Shown: piece after piece, positions 31,708-41,792 of the stretch
Layout: each line of letters opens with the position of its first letter
Position numbering within the stretch: position 1 is the first letter of the stretch
DNA from: an uncultured Bacteroidales bacterium
GTDB lineage: Bacteria > Bacteroidota > Bacteroidia > Bacteroidales > WCHB1-69
Length of the DNA: 64,000 nucleotides
Direction of reading: 5' to 3'
Assembly: GCA_947165685.1 (NCBI GenBank)
Contig: CAMVBK010000004.1
Span: 35,749-99,748 of the forward strand
The notes under the pieces: model-generated
What the model was told of the DNA's origin: nothing
The model's database searches: none
The model's input: only the letters and a program-made list of their open reading frames with translations
Made by a program: the position numbers and the translations under genes

Positions 31708-34050
31708 ATGAGTAAATTACATATTTTCTTGACCATCATGGCGATGTTTTTGTCATCGTACGCCGTGTCACAAACCCACACGTCAGCACAAACCATGCCC
31801 GCCGAGGCATTGACGCTGCAAAGTCCCGACCGGCAGTTGGAGCTGCGTTTCGCGGTAGTCAACGGGCAGCCGCAATACACCCTCAATCGTGCGGGGAACC
31901 CCGTGGTGTTGCCCTCCCGCATGGGCTTCACCCTCATCGGGAGGAAAAGCCTCGACCGCGACTTCACGCTGACGGATTCGCAGACAAGCACCTTCGATGA
32001 GGTGTGGGAGCCGGTGTGGGGCGAGGAGGCGCATATTCGCAATCATTACAACGAATTGCTCGTGACCTTGGAGCAGCACGGTGCCCTCGACTGGCAGGGC
32101 AAGCTGATTCCGCAAGCCACCGTCATGCTGGTTCGGTTCCGTCTCTACGATGATGGGCTCGCGTTTCGATACGAGTTTCCTTACGACAATGCACTGACGT
32201 ACTTCAATATAAAGGATGAACTGACCGAGTTTGCCATGACCGGCGATCACACTGCCTGGTGGATTCCCGGCGACTATGACACGCAGGAGTATTACATCAC
32301 CCAAAGCCGTCTCAGTGAGGTGCCGAGGCATATCCGCCACATTCAGGCCACTTACGACAACGTCTTCACTCCAATTCCCGGCGCATCGGTGCAGACTGCC
32401 CTGCAGATGCGCACAGATGACGGGCTCTACCTCAACATCCACGAGGCGGCCGCTGTTGATTTCCCTGCCATGCACTTGGCGTTGGATACACTGCACTTCG
32501 TCTTCCGTGCGGCGTTGACCCCCGACGCGCAAGGAGTGAAAGGGCGGTTGCAGACCCCGTGCCATACTCCGTGGCGCACCGTGATGGTGTGTGAGAAAGC
32601 TACCGATGTGCTTGCCTCGCGCCTTATCCTCAACCTCAACGAACCGTGCGCCATCAAGGATGTCTCCTGGATTCATCCCGTGAAATATATGGGCGTGTGG
32701 TGGGAGATGATCACGGGCAAAGGGACATGGAACTACACTGACGATTTTCGCAGCGTGAAACTTGGTGAGACTGACTTCGTGCATGCGAAGCCCAATGGCC
32801 GCCACAGCGCCAGCAACGAGAACGTGCGCCGCTACATTGATTTTGCTGCTGAGAATGGCTTCGATGCCGTCCTCGTGGAGGGTTGGAACATCGGTTGGGA
32901 AGATTGGGTGGGCAACCTCAAGGAGATGCCTTTTGATTTCGTCACGCCCTATCCCGACTTTGACCTGCCGGCGCTGAACCGCTACGCCCACGAGAAGGGA
33001 GTGCGTCTCATCATGCATCACGAGACCGGTTCCGTGACACCGAACTACGACCGCTGGATGGACACCGCCTACCGTTTGATGACGCGGTACGGTTATGACG
33101 CGGTGAAGAGCGGTTATGTGGGCGACATAGTGCCTTTCGGTGAGCATCACGGCAGCCAGTCCATCATACGGCACTACCACAGGGCGGTCACCGAAACGGC
33201 CGGGCATCGCCTCATGATCAACGCCCATGAGGCGGTTCGCCCGACAGGCCTTTGCCGCACCTGGCCCAACATGATCGGCAATGAGAGTGCCATGGGTACC
33301 GAGTTCAAGAGCCGGATTCCGCCCGGACACGCCACCATCCTGCCTTTCACGCGGCTTCAGGGTGGTCCCATGGACTACACCCCCGGTATCTTCGAGCCTG
33401 ACATGGGCAAGTTCGTGTCGTGGAGGGCAGGCCAGAAGATGAACACCACCATCTGCAACCAACTGGGCCTCTACGTCACCTTCTACTCACCTCTGCAGAT
33501 GGCCGCCGACTTTCCGGAACACTATGCACCTTTCATGGATGCCTTCCAGTTCATCAAGGACGTGGCGGTGGATTGGGACACCTCCCTTTACCTCATGGCC
33601 GAGCCGGGCGACTACATCGTGACGGCCCGTCATCCGAAGATTTCCTCGCTGAACAAGGCTGCCGAAGGGGTGGGTGAACTGTCCGATGGCAAGAAAGGGG
33701 TGATTTCCAATGCCACTCGGTTCGTGTATGCCATTCCCGATTCCATTGTGGAGACGCGATTCCTCGCGTCCGATTGCCAGCCCCGCGACGTCTGGTACAT
33801 CGGCGGCATCACCGACGAGAATGCCCGCGAAGTGGTAGTGAAGCTGGACTTTCTGAAACCCGGCGTGAAATACGAGGCCACTATATATGCTGACGCGAAG
33901 GATGCCTGCGGTCTTCCTGAAAATTCTGAATGGAAATATAACCCTCAAGCATATACCATCACGAAGAAGACCGTCACGGCCAAGAGTGTGTTGAAGCTGC
34001 GGATGGCACCGTGCGGCGGGTTTGCGGTTTCGCTGCGGGAGGTGCGGTGA
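31708..34050 (+). CDS. GH97 glycoside hydrolase, SusB-like (paralog 2)
   Basis: Same motif set as paralog 1 ([25 protein letters not shown]), with long near-identical DNA tracts shared between the two. Confidence 0.92.
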   Translation: MSKLHIFLTIMAMFLSSYAVSQTHTSAQTMPAEALTLQSPDRQLELRFAVVNGQPQYTLNRAGNPVVLPSRMGFTLIGRKSLDRDFTLTDSQTSTFDEVWEPVWGEEAHIRNHYNELLVTLEQHGALDWQGKLIPQATVMLVRFRLYDDGLAFRYEFPYDNALTYFNIKDELTEFAMTGDHTAWWIPGDYDTQEYYITQSRLSEVPRHIRHIQATYDNVFTPIPGASVQTALQMRTDDGLYLNIHEAAAVDFPAMHLALDTLHFVFRAALTPDAQGVKGRLQTPCHTPWRTVMVCEKATDVLASRLILNLNEPCAIKDVSWIHPVKYMGVWWEMITGKGTWNYTDDFRSVKLGETDFVHAKPNGRHSASNENVRRYIDFAAENGFDAVLVEGWNIGWEDWVGNLKEMPFDFVTPYPDFDLPALNRYAHEKGVRLIMHHETGSVTPNYDRWMDTAYRLMTRYGYDAVKSGYVGDIVPFGEHHGSQSIIRHYHRAVTETAGHRLMINAHEAVRPTGLCRTWPNMIGNESAMGTEFKSRIPPGHATILPFTRLQGGPMDYTPGIFEPDMGKFVSWRAGQKMNTTICNQLGLYVTFYSPLQMAADFPEHYAPFMDAFQFIKDVAVDWDTSLYLMAEPGDYIVTARHPKISSLNKAAEGVGELSDGKKGVISNATRFVYAIPDSIVETRFLASDCQPRDVWYIGGITDENAREVVVKLDFLKPGVKYEATIYADAKDACGLPENSEWKYNPQAYTITKKTVTAKSVLKLRMAPCGGFAVSLREVR
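33748..33771. repeat. REP-like palindrome in frame within GH97 paralog 2
   Basis: GTGGA-GACGCGA-TTCC-TCGCGTC-C, a 7-bp stem that translates as VETRFLAS. Confidence 0.6.
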
Positions 34051-34062
34051 TTTTTACGCTTA

Positions 34063-35577
34063 ATGATGAAAGACTCGCAAAGAAGCTATATAGCTATTGA
34101 TTTGAAGTCGTTTTACGCATCCGTGGAGTGTGTGGAACGTGGGCTCGACCCACTGACCACCAATCTCGTGGTGGCCGACAAGAGCCGGACCGACAAGACC
34201 ATCTGCTTGGCTGTTTCGCCGTCGTTGAAGCAATACGGCATCGGTGGGCGGGCACGTCTTTTCGAGGTGGTGCAGCGCTTGCGGCAGGTGAACGCCCAAC
34301 GTCGGGGGAGGGCTCCGGGCAACCGTCTCGTCGGCAAGTCCGTGTCGGACGTGGCGTTGAAGGCGCATCCAGACTGGGAGGTGGACTACATCGCGGCTCC
34401 GCCCCGTATGGCTCATTATATGTCTTTCAGTGCGAAGATTTACGAAATATATCTCAAATATGTTGCCCCGGAGGATATCCATGTCTATTCCATTGACGAG
34501 GTTTTCATGGATGTGACCGAATATTTGAAAACCTATCGCATGACGGCTCACGAATTGGCGATGACGATGATTCGTGACGTGCTGAAGCAGACGGGCATCA
34601 CTGCCACGGCGGGCATCGGCACCAACCTCTATCTCTGCAAAGTGGCCATGGACATCATGGCGAAGAAGCAGCCTGCCGACAAAGACGGAGTGCGCATCGC
34701 CGAGTTGGACGAGATGAGCTATCGGCAGCAACTGTGGGACCACCGTCCCATCACGGATTTCTGGCGGGTGGGACGGGGCATTGCCCAACGGTTGTCGCAA
34801 TACGGAATCGACACTATGGGCAAGATAGCCCGTTGCTCCGTGCAAAATGAGGAGCTGCTCTACCGCCTGTTCGGTGTCAATGCCGAGCTGCTTATTGATC
34901 ACGCATGGGGCTGGGAACCGTGCACCATCGACTTGGTGAAGGCTTACCGGCCTGAAAACAATTCCTTTAGCAGCGGGCAAGTGCTCGGAGAACCCTATTC
35001 TGCAAAAAAAGCACGTGTGGTTATGTTGGAAATGGCGGACACTATGGCGCTCAATCTTGTGGAAAACAGACTTGTCACGGACCAGATTGTCCTAAATGTC
35101 GGCTATGATGTTGAAAATTTGACTAATCCGGCCATCCGAGCTCGGTACTTCGGCCCTGTCACGACGGATCACTACGGACGTTCGGTGCCCAAAGGTGCCC
35201 ATGGCAGTGAGCGGCTCGAACATCCCAGCTCGTCGTCGCGGCTCATTTTGGACACGACCGCGAAAATTTTCGACCGCGTAGTCAATCCCGACCTGCTGAT
35301 CCGCTATCTTAACCTCAGCATGGGGCATGTGCTGCCAGAGGACTTGGCCAAAGCTGCGGAAAAATCCCAACAACTCGATTTATTCACAGACTATGAAGCT
35401 GTTGCGAAACAGAAGGAAGAAGAGAATGCCGAGCGGGATAAGGAGCGTCGGCTTCAAGAGGCGCAGTTGGCCATCAAGAAAAGGTTCGGGAAAAACGCCA
35501 TTCTCAAAGGACTGAACTTCGAGGAAGGGGCAACGGCGAGAGATCGCAACCAACAGATAGGAGGGCATAAGGCATGA
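34063..35577 (+). CDS. Y-family (ImpB/MucB/SamB, UvrX-like) translesion DNA polymerase
   Basis: IAIDLKSFYASVE, YSIDEVFMD, ATAGIGTN, DFWRVGRG and QLDLF (clamp-binding-like) motifs. Confidence 0.92.
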   Translation: MMKDSQRSYIAIDLKSFYASVECVERGLDPLTTNLVVADKSRTDKTICLAVSPSLKQYGIGGRARLFEVVQRLRQVNAQRRGRAPGNRLVGKSVSDVALKAHPDWEVDYIAAPPRMAHYMSFSAKIYEIYLKYVAPEDIHVYSIDEVFMDVTEYLKTYRMTAHELAMTMIRDVLKQTGITATAGIGTNLYLCKVAMDIMAKKQPADKDGVRIAELDEMSYRQQLWDHRPITDFWRVGRGIAQRLSQYGIDTMGKIARCSVQNEELLYRLFGVNAELLIDHAWGWEPCTIDLVKAYRPENNSFSSGQVLGEPYSAKKARVVMLEMADTMALNLVENRLVTDQIVLNVGYDVENLTNPAIRARYFGPVTTDHYGRSVPKGAHGSERLEHPSSSSRLILDTTAKIFDRVVNPDLLIRYLNLSMGHVLPEDLAKAAEKSQQLDLFTDYEAVAKQKEEENAERDKERRLQEAQLAIKKRFGKNAILKGLNFEEGATARDRNQQIGGHKA

Positions 35578-35777
35578 CACACGAATACGACGATATCATC
35601 AATCTGCCGCATCACGTCTCCACGCGGCATCCGCGGATGTCGTTGCAGGCTCGCGCCGCACAATTCGCGCCGTTTTCCGCCCTCACGGGCTATGGCGACG
35701 AAATCAACAAATCCAGACAACGCGTGGAAAAGGAGTTCGAAAAGAAAGACAATCCGTTTGACGAAGATTTCTGTTAA
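35574..35777 (+). CDS. Small YolD-like partner of the Y-family polymerase (short form)
   Basis: YDDIINLPHHVS..HPRMS..RAAQFAPFSALTGY signature. ATGA overlap with the polymerase gene. Confidence 0.75.
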   Translation: MTHEYDDIINLPHHVSTRHPRMSLQARAAQFAPFSALTGYGDEINKSRQRVEKEFEKKDNPFDEDFC

Positions 35778-35841
35778 ACTTTTTCCGCTCTTGAAAGTTA
35801 TCTTTTCGGTTGAAATATGTATTTTTGCCGTCAATTTTAAA

Positions 35842-37104
35842 ATGATGAAAAAAACACTTCTTCTGATAGGAATGCTGCTGTTTATGCTGGCTGGACGTGC
35901 CAGTTACTTGTTGATACCCATGGACTTGGCGCAGAGCAACCACTTGAAAGCCTATGGTATTGCCTATTTCGCAGTGGCGCACCAAGTCGATATGAGTTGG
36001 CTGCTGAATTACCGAGGCGGTAGCTTCATGTGTCCTTACAACAGTGTCTTGGAGGACGAATGCGTGGTGCGTGGAGTCTCCTACGAGGTCATCGCCGACA
36101 TGCAGGCGACGCAGATTCTCAACGAGATTTCCGTGGTGGAGAACAACATGAACGAGATACGGCTCACCAAGGAACCGAAGATTGCGGTCTATTCGCCCAA
36201 AAACAAGCTGCCGTGGGACGATGCCGTGACATTGGTGCTCACATACGCCGAGATTCCCTATACGGTGATTTACGATGAAGAGGTTATCAAGGGCGAATTG
36301 CCGAAATACGATTGGCTGCATCTGCATCATGAGGATTTTACGGGCCAGTACGGCAAATTCTGGGCTAGCCAGCGAAACACCAAGTGGTATCAGGACGATG
36401 TCAGGGAGAACGAGGAACGCGCCGCACAGCTGGGATTCACCAAGGTGTCACAGATGAAACTCGCTGTGGCCAAAGGCATTCGCGACTTCGTGGCGGGCGG
36501 CGGCTATCTGTTCGCCATGTGTTCCGGTCCTGACAGCTACGATATAGCTCTTGCTGCCGAGGGAGTCGATATTTGCGAAACCATGTTCGACGGCGACCCC
36601 ATGGACCCGCAGGCACAGAGTAAACTCAACTATGACAACTGCTTCGCTTTCACTGATTTCACGATCGAGACCAACCCTTATGTATATGAGGTTTCTAATA
36701 TAGATGTCAGTCCCACACAGCACATCTCCAACAAATCCCACGACTATTTCACCCTGTTCGAATTTTCAGCTAAATGGGATCCCGTGCCTACTATGCTGTG
36801 CCAGAATCACTTGCAGGTAATTCCAGGTTTCATGGGACAAACCACAGCATTCCGCAAGGAGTTCATCAAACCGACGGTGACCATCATGGGCGACTGTGCC
36901 TACTTCAACGAAGCCCGTTACATTCATGGCGAGTTTGGAAAGGGCACTTGGACGTTCTACTCCGGCCACGATCCTGAGGACTACCAGCACTTGGTCAACG
37001 ACCCGCCCACAGACCTCAACCTTTTCCCCAATTCTGCTGGTTACAGGCTGATTCTCAACAATGTGCTATTTCCTGCCGCCAAAAAACAGCAGCAGAAAAC
37101 ATAA
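35842..37104 (+). CDS. Conserved exported Bacteroidota protein (often labelled 'asparagine synthetase B'); function uncertain
   Basis: Signal peptide, NHLKAYG, WLLNYRGGSF, WDDAVTLVLTYAEIPY, FAMCS and GHDPEDYQH. No Ntn-hydrolase or ATP-pyrophosphatase motifs of true AsnB were seen. Confidence 0.75.
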   Translation: MMKKTLLLIGMLLFMLAGRASYLLIPMDLAQSNHLKAYGIAYFAVAHQVDMSWLLNYRGGSFMCPYNSVLEDECVVRGVSYEVIADMQATQILNEISVVENNMNEIRLTKEPKIAVYSPKNKLPWDDAVTLVLTYAEIPYTVIYDEEVIKGELPKYDWLHLHHEDFTGQYGKFWASQRNTKWYQDDVRENEERAAQLGFTKVSQMKLAVAKGIRDFVAGGGYLFAMCSGPDSYDIALAAEGVDICETMFDGDPMDPQAQSKLNYDNCFAFTDFTIETNPYVYEVSNIDVSPTQHISNKSHDYFTLFEFSAKWDPVPTMLCQNHLQVIPGFMGQTTAFRKEFIKPTVTIMGDCAYFNEARYIHGEFGKGTWTFYSGHDPEDYQHLVNDPPTDLNLFPNSAGYRLILNNVLFPAAKKQQQKT

Positions 37105-37130
37105 ACGAAAAAAGGAATACCCCCACTCCG

Positions 37131-37178
37131 CCATTAACCCATTAACCGATTAACCGACTAACCGATTAACCGACTAAA
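37131..37178. repeat. Tandem array of six 8-bp units (CSAYTAAC)
   Basis: ccattaac ccattaac cgattaac cgactaac cgattaac cgactaaa. The last unit contains the PNP stop codon. Confidence 0.88.
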
Positions 37179-37998
37179 TAAACGGCACCATATTGTAAAT
37201 TAATTCCACCACTTTGGGCCCCACTTTTGCGGCGGCGGCCAGCACTTCGTTGTGCGTGGCAAACTCCACCCGACCCACAATGCCCAGGTCGGTGATTACG
37301 GAAAAAGCGAAGATATTCAGGCCGAGGTAATGGGCCATAATGGCTTCCGGCACTGTGGACATGCCCACTGTGTCGGCTCCGAGAATATGGAACATCCGAT
37401 ATTCCGAAGGGGTCTCGAAGCAGGGGCCGGTCACTCCAATATAGACACCCTCCTGCAGGTGGATGCCTAACGTGTCGGCCGTCTTGTGTGCCAGTTTCAG
37501 CAGCCGTTGCGAATAAACTTCGCTCATGTTCGGGAAGCGCGGGCCGAGTTCGTCGTCGTTGGGCCCGAGCAGCGGATTGTTGCCGAACATGTTGATGTGG
37601 TCGCGGATCAGCATGATGTCCCCGACCTTGAACGTGGGGTTCATGCCCCCGGCTGCATTCGACAGTATGAGCGTCTTTACGCCAATGCCAGGCAAAATCT
37701 GCTGCGGATAGGTCACCACATCCATTGAATAGCCTTCGTAATAATGGAACCGGCCGTTGAATACCACGACATCGACATTGTTCAAGGTGCCGAAAATCAG
37801 CGTCCCTTTATGCCCCGGAACCGTCGAAACCGGAAAGTTGGGGATATCTTTGTAAGGGATTTCATCAATAATGTCGATTTTTTCCGTCAATCCGCCCAAT
37901 CCGGAACCCAAGACGATGGCGATTTTCGGATGTATGGTTCTACGGCTGTTCAAAAAAGCAACCGTTTCATTTATTCTCTTTCTTTTTTCCTCGAACAT
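37174..37998 (-). CDS. punA: Purine-nucleoside phosphorylase (trimeric type)
   Basis: IVLGSGLG, STVPGHKG, GRFHYYEG, SNAAGG, GPCFETPSE and VGMSTVPE motifs. Confidence 0.93.
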   Translation of the reverse strand: MFEEKRKRINETVAFLNSRRTIHPKIAIVLGSGLGGLTEKIDIIDEIPYKDIPNFPVSTVPGHKGTLIFGTLNNVDVVVFNGRFHYYEGYSMDVVTYPQQILPGIGVKTLILSNAAGGMNPTFKVGDIMLIRDHINMFGNNPLLGPNDDELGPRFPNMSEVYSQRLLKLAHKTADTLGIHLQEGVYIGVTGPCFETPSEYRMFHILGADTVGMSTVPEAIMAHYLGLNIFAFSVITDLGIVGRVEFATHNEVLAAAAKVGPKVVELIYNMVPFI

Positions 37999-39058
37999 GG
38001 TCTTTCACAATTTTGTTAAACATATCCCGCTGTGTTTCAGTAAGAAATTCCACTTCTATCGGAACCACGAAAACGGGAAGCAAAGATACAATATTTATAG
38101 TTCGCTCAGATTGCAATCTCATCCAGTCTTTTTCAGTGGTGAAAAGTACAGACTGCTCGCCTATGTTATCGAAATATTGATCGTATATGGTTTGGATTTC
38201 TTTTTCGGTAAATATATGATGATCAGGAAGTTCGTAGTGCTTTAAGATTTTGAATTGCTGTCTGAGATGTTCGATCAGCGGCTTAGGATGGGCGATGCCG
38301 GTCAGCACAATCGCATTGCGCTGGGCCTTGATGTCAATTCTTTTTGCCGCTGGTGTGACAGGAACAGGGGCTTCGTAACGGAGTTTTGTGAAGAAGAGCC
38401 GCTGGCTTGGCTTCAGGCAGAGCTTTTGGCGCCACACGGATTCATCGGAATTGGCATGAGCTGGCACCTTGGTCACAATCACCATGTCGGCGAAACGTGC
38501 GGCACGCGGGAACTCTCGCAGCCGTCCCGCAGGCATCGGCATGTCGGGGCGATACGGGCGGTCAAACTCCGTGAGCAGGATGTGGAAAGTGGGGGTAAAC
38601 TGTAAATGCTGGTACGCATCGTCAAGAACAACAACCTCTGTATCAGGTTTTTCATGCAGTAGGTTTCGGATACCTTCGCTGCGGTTGGCATCCACGGCAA
38701 TCGGCAGGTCGGGGAAGCGAAGGTGGGTCATCAACGGTTCATCGCCAAAATTCGCTGAAGTACGACCCTCTTTCGGTGTTTCCAGGATTGATCGGTATCC
38801 ATTTGATGTTCGTCCGTAGCCGCGGCTGAGCGCTGCTACGCGGAAATCCTGTTTCAGAAGGTTGAGGAGGTATTGGATGTGAGGGGTCTTGCCTGTTCCA
38901 CCTACGGCCAAATTGCCTATGTCGATGGCAGGCAAAGGAGAAACCTCTCCATGTAGTATTCCCTTGCGATAGAGAAGCCGCCGAATCGCAGCCGCCAGAC
39001 CATAAAGCAAGGAAAAAGGAGTCAAGAACAGCCCTATGATAAGTTTAAGCCGATTCAT
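37967..39058 (-). CDS. lpxK: Tetraacyldisaccharide 4'-kinase
   Basis: IGNLAVGGTGKTP, LSRGYGR, GDEP, LDDAYQH, PAGRLRE and TTEKD motifs. Confidence 0.95.
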   Translation of the reverse strand: MNRLKLIIGLFLTPFSLLYGLAAAIRRLLYRKGILHGEVSPLPAIDIGNLAVGGTGKTPHIQYLLNLLKQDFRVAALSRGYGRTSNGYRSILETPKEGRTSANFGDEPLMTHLRFPDLPIAVDANRSEGIRNLLHEKPDTEVVVLDDAYQHLQFTPTFHILLTEFDRPYRPDMPMPAGRLREFPRAARFADMVIVTKVPAHANSDESVWRQKLCLKPSQRLFFTKLRYEAPVPVTPAAKRIDIKAQRNAIVLTGIAHPKPLIEHLRQQFKILKHYELPDHHIFTEKEIQTIYDQYFDNIGEQSVLFTTEKDWMRLQSERTINIVSLLPVFVVPIEVEFLTETQRDMFNKIVKDHVRGKKKENK

Positions 39059-40067
39059 TCTCCTGTGTTTCGCTGTGTTTGGCCTCTTTTTCGGCCCGGC
39101 GTCTCTTTGCAGCTTCTTCCTGTTCGTTCTCAAACGCCTCGTAGCGGGTGATGATTTTGGTCACGAGATGGTGGCGAACCACGTCCTTATTATCCATATA
39201 GATGAAATCGATTCCTTTCACGCCGCGAAGAATGCGGTCGGCGAGGATGAGGCCCGACTGTTGGTTTTTGGGCAGGTCAATCTGCGTGATGTCGCCAGTG
39301 ATGAAGAATTTGGCGTTCTTGCCCATGCGGGTGAGGAACATTTTGAGCTGCGCGGAAGTGGCGTTTTGGGCTTCGTCGAGGATGACGTAGGCGTTGTCGA
39401 GCGTGCGTCCGCGCATGAAAGCGAGCGGGGCGATTTCAATCACCTTGTCTTCCATCATCGCCATCAGCTTCTGCATGGGCATCATGTCCCAAAGGGCGTC
39501 GTAGAGCGGTTGCAAGTAGGGGTCGAGCTTGTCGCGGAGGTCGCCGGGCAGGAAACCGAGGTTCTCGCCGGCTTCCACGGCAGGGCGGGTGAGGATAATA
39601 CGCTTTATCTGTTTGTTTTTCAAAGCTTTCACGGCCAATGCCACGGCGGTGTATGTCTTTCCCGTGCCGGCGGGACCCACTACGAAGACCATGTCGTTCT
39701 TTTCCGCACTCTCCACCAGCCGTTTCTGGTTCGGCGTGATGGCTTTGATGACCTTACCGTCGCGCCCGTGCACGATGACGTTGCCGTCGGCTTGGTTGAT
39801 GGCGTAGAAACTGTCGTCCTCCATGGCCGTGATGTTGATGATGTCGGTCTCGGTCAGTTTCCCGAACTGTTCGATGTGTTTCTCCAACAAGGAGATGCGT
39901 TTTTCAAATTCCTGTGTGTCCTCGTCGGTGCCGGAGACTTTCATTTCGTTGCCGCGAACCATAATCTTCAGCTTCGGGAAGATATGTGTCAGCATTTTAA
40001 TATTGTTGTTCTGAAATCCCAGCAGTTCCACTGCCGTTTCAGCGTTGAGTTCGATGATTTTATCCAT
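39045..40067 (-). CDS. phoH: PhoH-family ATPase
   Basis: GPAGTGKT, RPAVEAGENLGFLPGD, APLAFMRGRT, LDEAQN and GDITQIDLP motifs. Confidence 0.95.
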   Translation of the reverse strand: MDKIIELNAETAVELLGFQNNNIKMLTHIFPKLKIMVRGNEMKVSGTDEDTQEFEKRISLLEKHIEQFGKLTETDIINITAMEDDSFYAINQADGNVIVHGRDGKVIKAITPNQKRLVESAEKNDMVFVVGPAGTGKTYTAVALAVKALKNKQIKRIILTRPAVEAGENLGFLPGDLRDKLDPYLQPLYDALWDMMPMQKLMAMMEDKVIEIAPLAFMRGRTLDNAYVILDEAQNATSAQLKMFLTRMGKNAKFFITGDITQIDLPKNQQSGLILADRILRGVKGIDFIYMDNKDVVRHHLVTKIITRYEAFENEQEEAAKRRRAEKEAKHSETQENESA

Positions 40068-40074
40068 GTGTGAC

Positions 40075-40986
40075 TTATTCAATGACAAGGTAATTCAGAG
40101 GATTGATGGGGAATCCGTTGTACCAGAGTTCGAAATGCAAGTGGTTGGACGTTCCTTCCTCGCCGTGGTTGCCGGTCGTGGCGATGGGCATGCCAGCCGT
40201 CACGCGCGCACCTGCCGACTTCAGCAGGACGGCATTGTGCTTGTAGATGGAAAGCATGTTGCCCGGGTGTTGCACCATGATGGTGTAGCCGTCGGATGCT
40301 GTGTAGTTGGCGGCGACCACCACTCCGTCGGCCACGCAGGTGACCGTCTTGTTGTCGGTGGTGGCGATGTCGATTCCGTAATGGTTCTGCGAGGCGTCGA
40401 ACAGGCGGGTCACGGCGCCCATGGCCGGCGGGCAGATGGAGATGCTGGTGATCTTGGCTTGCTCAATGTTCGGCACGCCGGAGGCCGCAGGTGCACCGTT
40501 TTCCCCGATGCGTCCCAAAATCATCTCTGTCTCCTCGATGATTTCCTGCACGCTTTCGGCGCGTCCCTGCACCCGCTCCACAGGATGCACGTCAGGAGTC
40601 GCCTGCGCTTCGTCGTCTTCGTAGATGGCTCCGTCTTTCCCTTCCAACATGCCTGTGAAATTCTCGATGAACTGCTGGTTAAGGGCGAGTTGCCGCTCTA
40701 ACGAATCCACCCGGGCGGCAGTCTGCTTGTACAGCTTGTAGTCTTTCTGGTCGGTGTAGCCCGGAATATAGACACGGAGCGGTGTCAGCGCAATGAGTAT
40801 CGTTGTCAGCACGATGATGACGAATGCGGCTAAAATGGCGACCACAGCCACTTTTTGGATGGTTATTCGCCGAATGACAAAGCTTTGTTCGTGCGTCTCC
40901 TCATTGGAGAAAACCAGCCTGTATCGCGTCTTCCATTCGCTGACAATGATGTTCCATACCTTTTTTATCTTTTCAAACCTGCTCAT
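40075..40986 (-). CDS. M23-family metallopeptidase
   Basis: TM anchor with HYGID, YKHN and HLHFELW motifs. Confidence 0.92.
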   Translation of the reverse strand: MSRFEKIKKVWNIIVSEWKTRYRLVFSNEETHEQSFVIRRITIQKVAVVAILAAFVIIVLTTILIALTPLRVYIPGYTDQKDYKLYKQTAARVDSLERQLALNQQFIENFTGMLEGKDGAIYEDDEAQATPDVHPVERVQGRAESVQEIIEETEMILGRIGENGAPAASGVPNIEQAKITSISICPPAMGAVTRLFDASQNHYGIDIATTDNKTVTCVADGVVVAANYTASDGYTIMVQHPGNMLSIYKHNAVLLKSAGARVTAGMPIATTGNHGEEGTSNHLHFELWYNGFPINPLNYLVIE

Positions 40987-41284
40987 AGGCACTTTTCAAC
41001 CCGATTTTGGGGCGCAAAAGTAGCAAAATTTGTGAATTGTTCGATTTTTTTTGTCCAACATTTCGATGAGATTGATATAATATTCTGTATTTCAATATGT
41101 TAAGTTGATTATCTTTCAGTTTGATATTCCTCAAAGAGAATGATTATGTAGTTGTATTATTTTGATTATCAAATATATATGGCAAAAATTGGGTATTTTT
41201 TTCAACAAAGAGTAATTTTAATGACTTATTGTAAAGAAATAATCGTATTTTTGCTGCCCGAAAAAATAAATAAAGTCAAGTATT

Positions 41285-41755
41285 ATGAACGAAAGAGACA
41301 ACAACGTTAGTTTTTTCAGATTTGAGGATTTGCGCATTTACGCAAAAGCCATGGATTACATTGTCTGGTTGTACCAGCAGCTTCCTTCCGGTGAGCTTTC
41401 CGTAAATCGCAAGTTTATGCAGAAATCTTTCCTGAAGTCTGCACAAGATATCGCACTGAACACGGCAGAAGGGTCTTCCCGCAATAGAACACAGTTCCTC
41501 TACTACTTGAAGATGGCGAAAAGTTCTGTCAGAGAATGTGTGGTTCATACGGAAATTGCCTCCCGCATCGGTATCATCACGGAAGAGGCCAAGGAGCACT
41601 CCCGCACTGAGTTGATGGAGCTTACCAAGATGATTGGTTCGCTTATTGCTTCACTGCAGCGTTCCACTCTTGGCATGTCGCATACTGGCAGACCCGTCGA
41701 GGAAGTCGATGATCTCAGCATTCCTGAGCCGGATGACTTCGACGAAATGATTTAA
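41285..41755 (+). CDS. Four-helix-bundle protein (23S rRNA-IVS protein / Avd-like fold)
   Basis: FRFEDLRIYAKA, SAQDIALNTAEGSSR and FLYYLKMAKSSVREC, followed by an acidic C-terminal tail. TATTTTTG box at 41246-41253. Confidence 0.88.
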   Translation: MNERDNNVSFFRFEDLRIYAKAMDYIVWLYQQLPSGELSVNRKFMQKSFLKSAQDIALNTAEGSSRNRTQFLYYLKMAKSSVRECVVHTEIASRIGIITEEAKEHSRTELMELTKMIGSLIASLQRSTLGMSHTGRPVEEVDDLSIPEPDDFDEMI

Positions 41756-41792
41756 TAATCTTTCGGTTATTTATGTCAAAAAAAATAGAGTT

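Noticed and set aside
34063-35577. DNA methylase (a label sometimes attached to this family)
   Set aside because: The motifs are those of Y-family polymerases, and no SAM-binding or methyltransferase catalytic motifs were seen.
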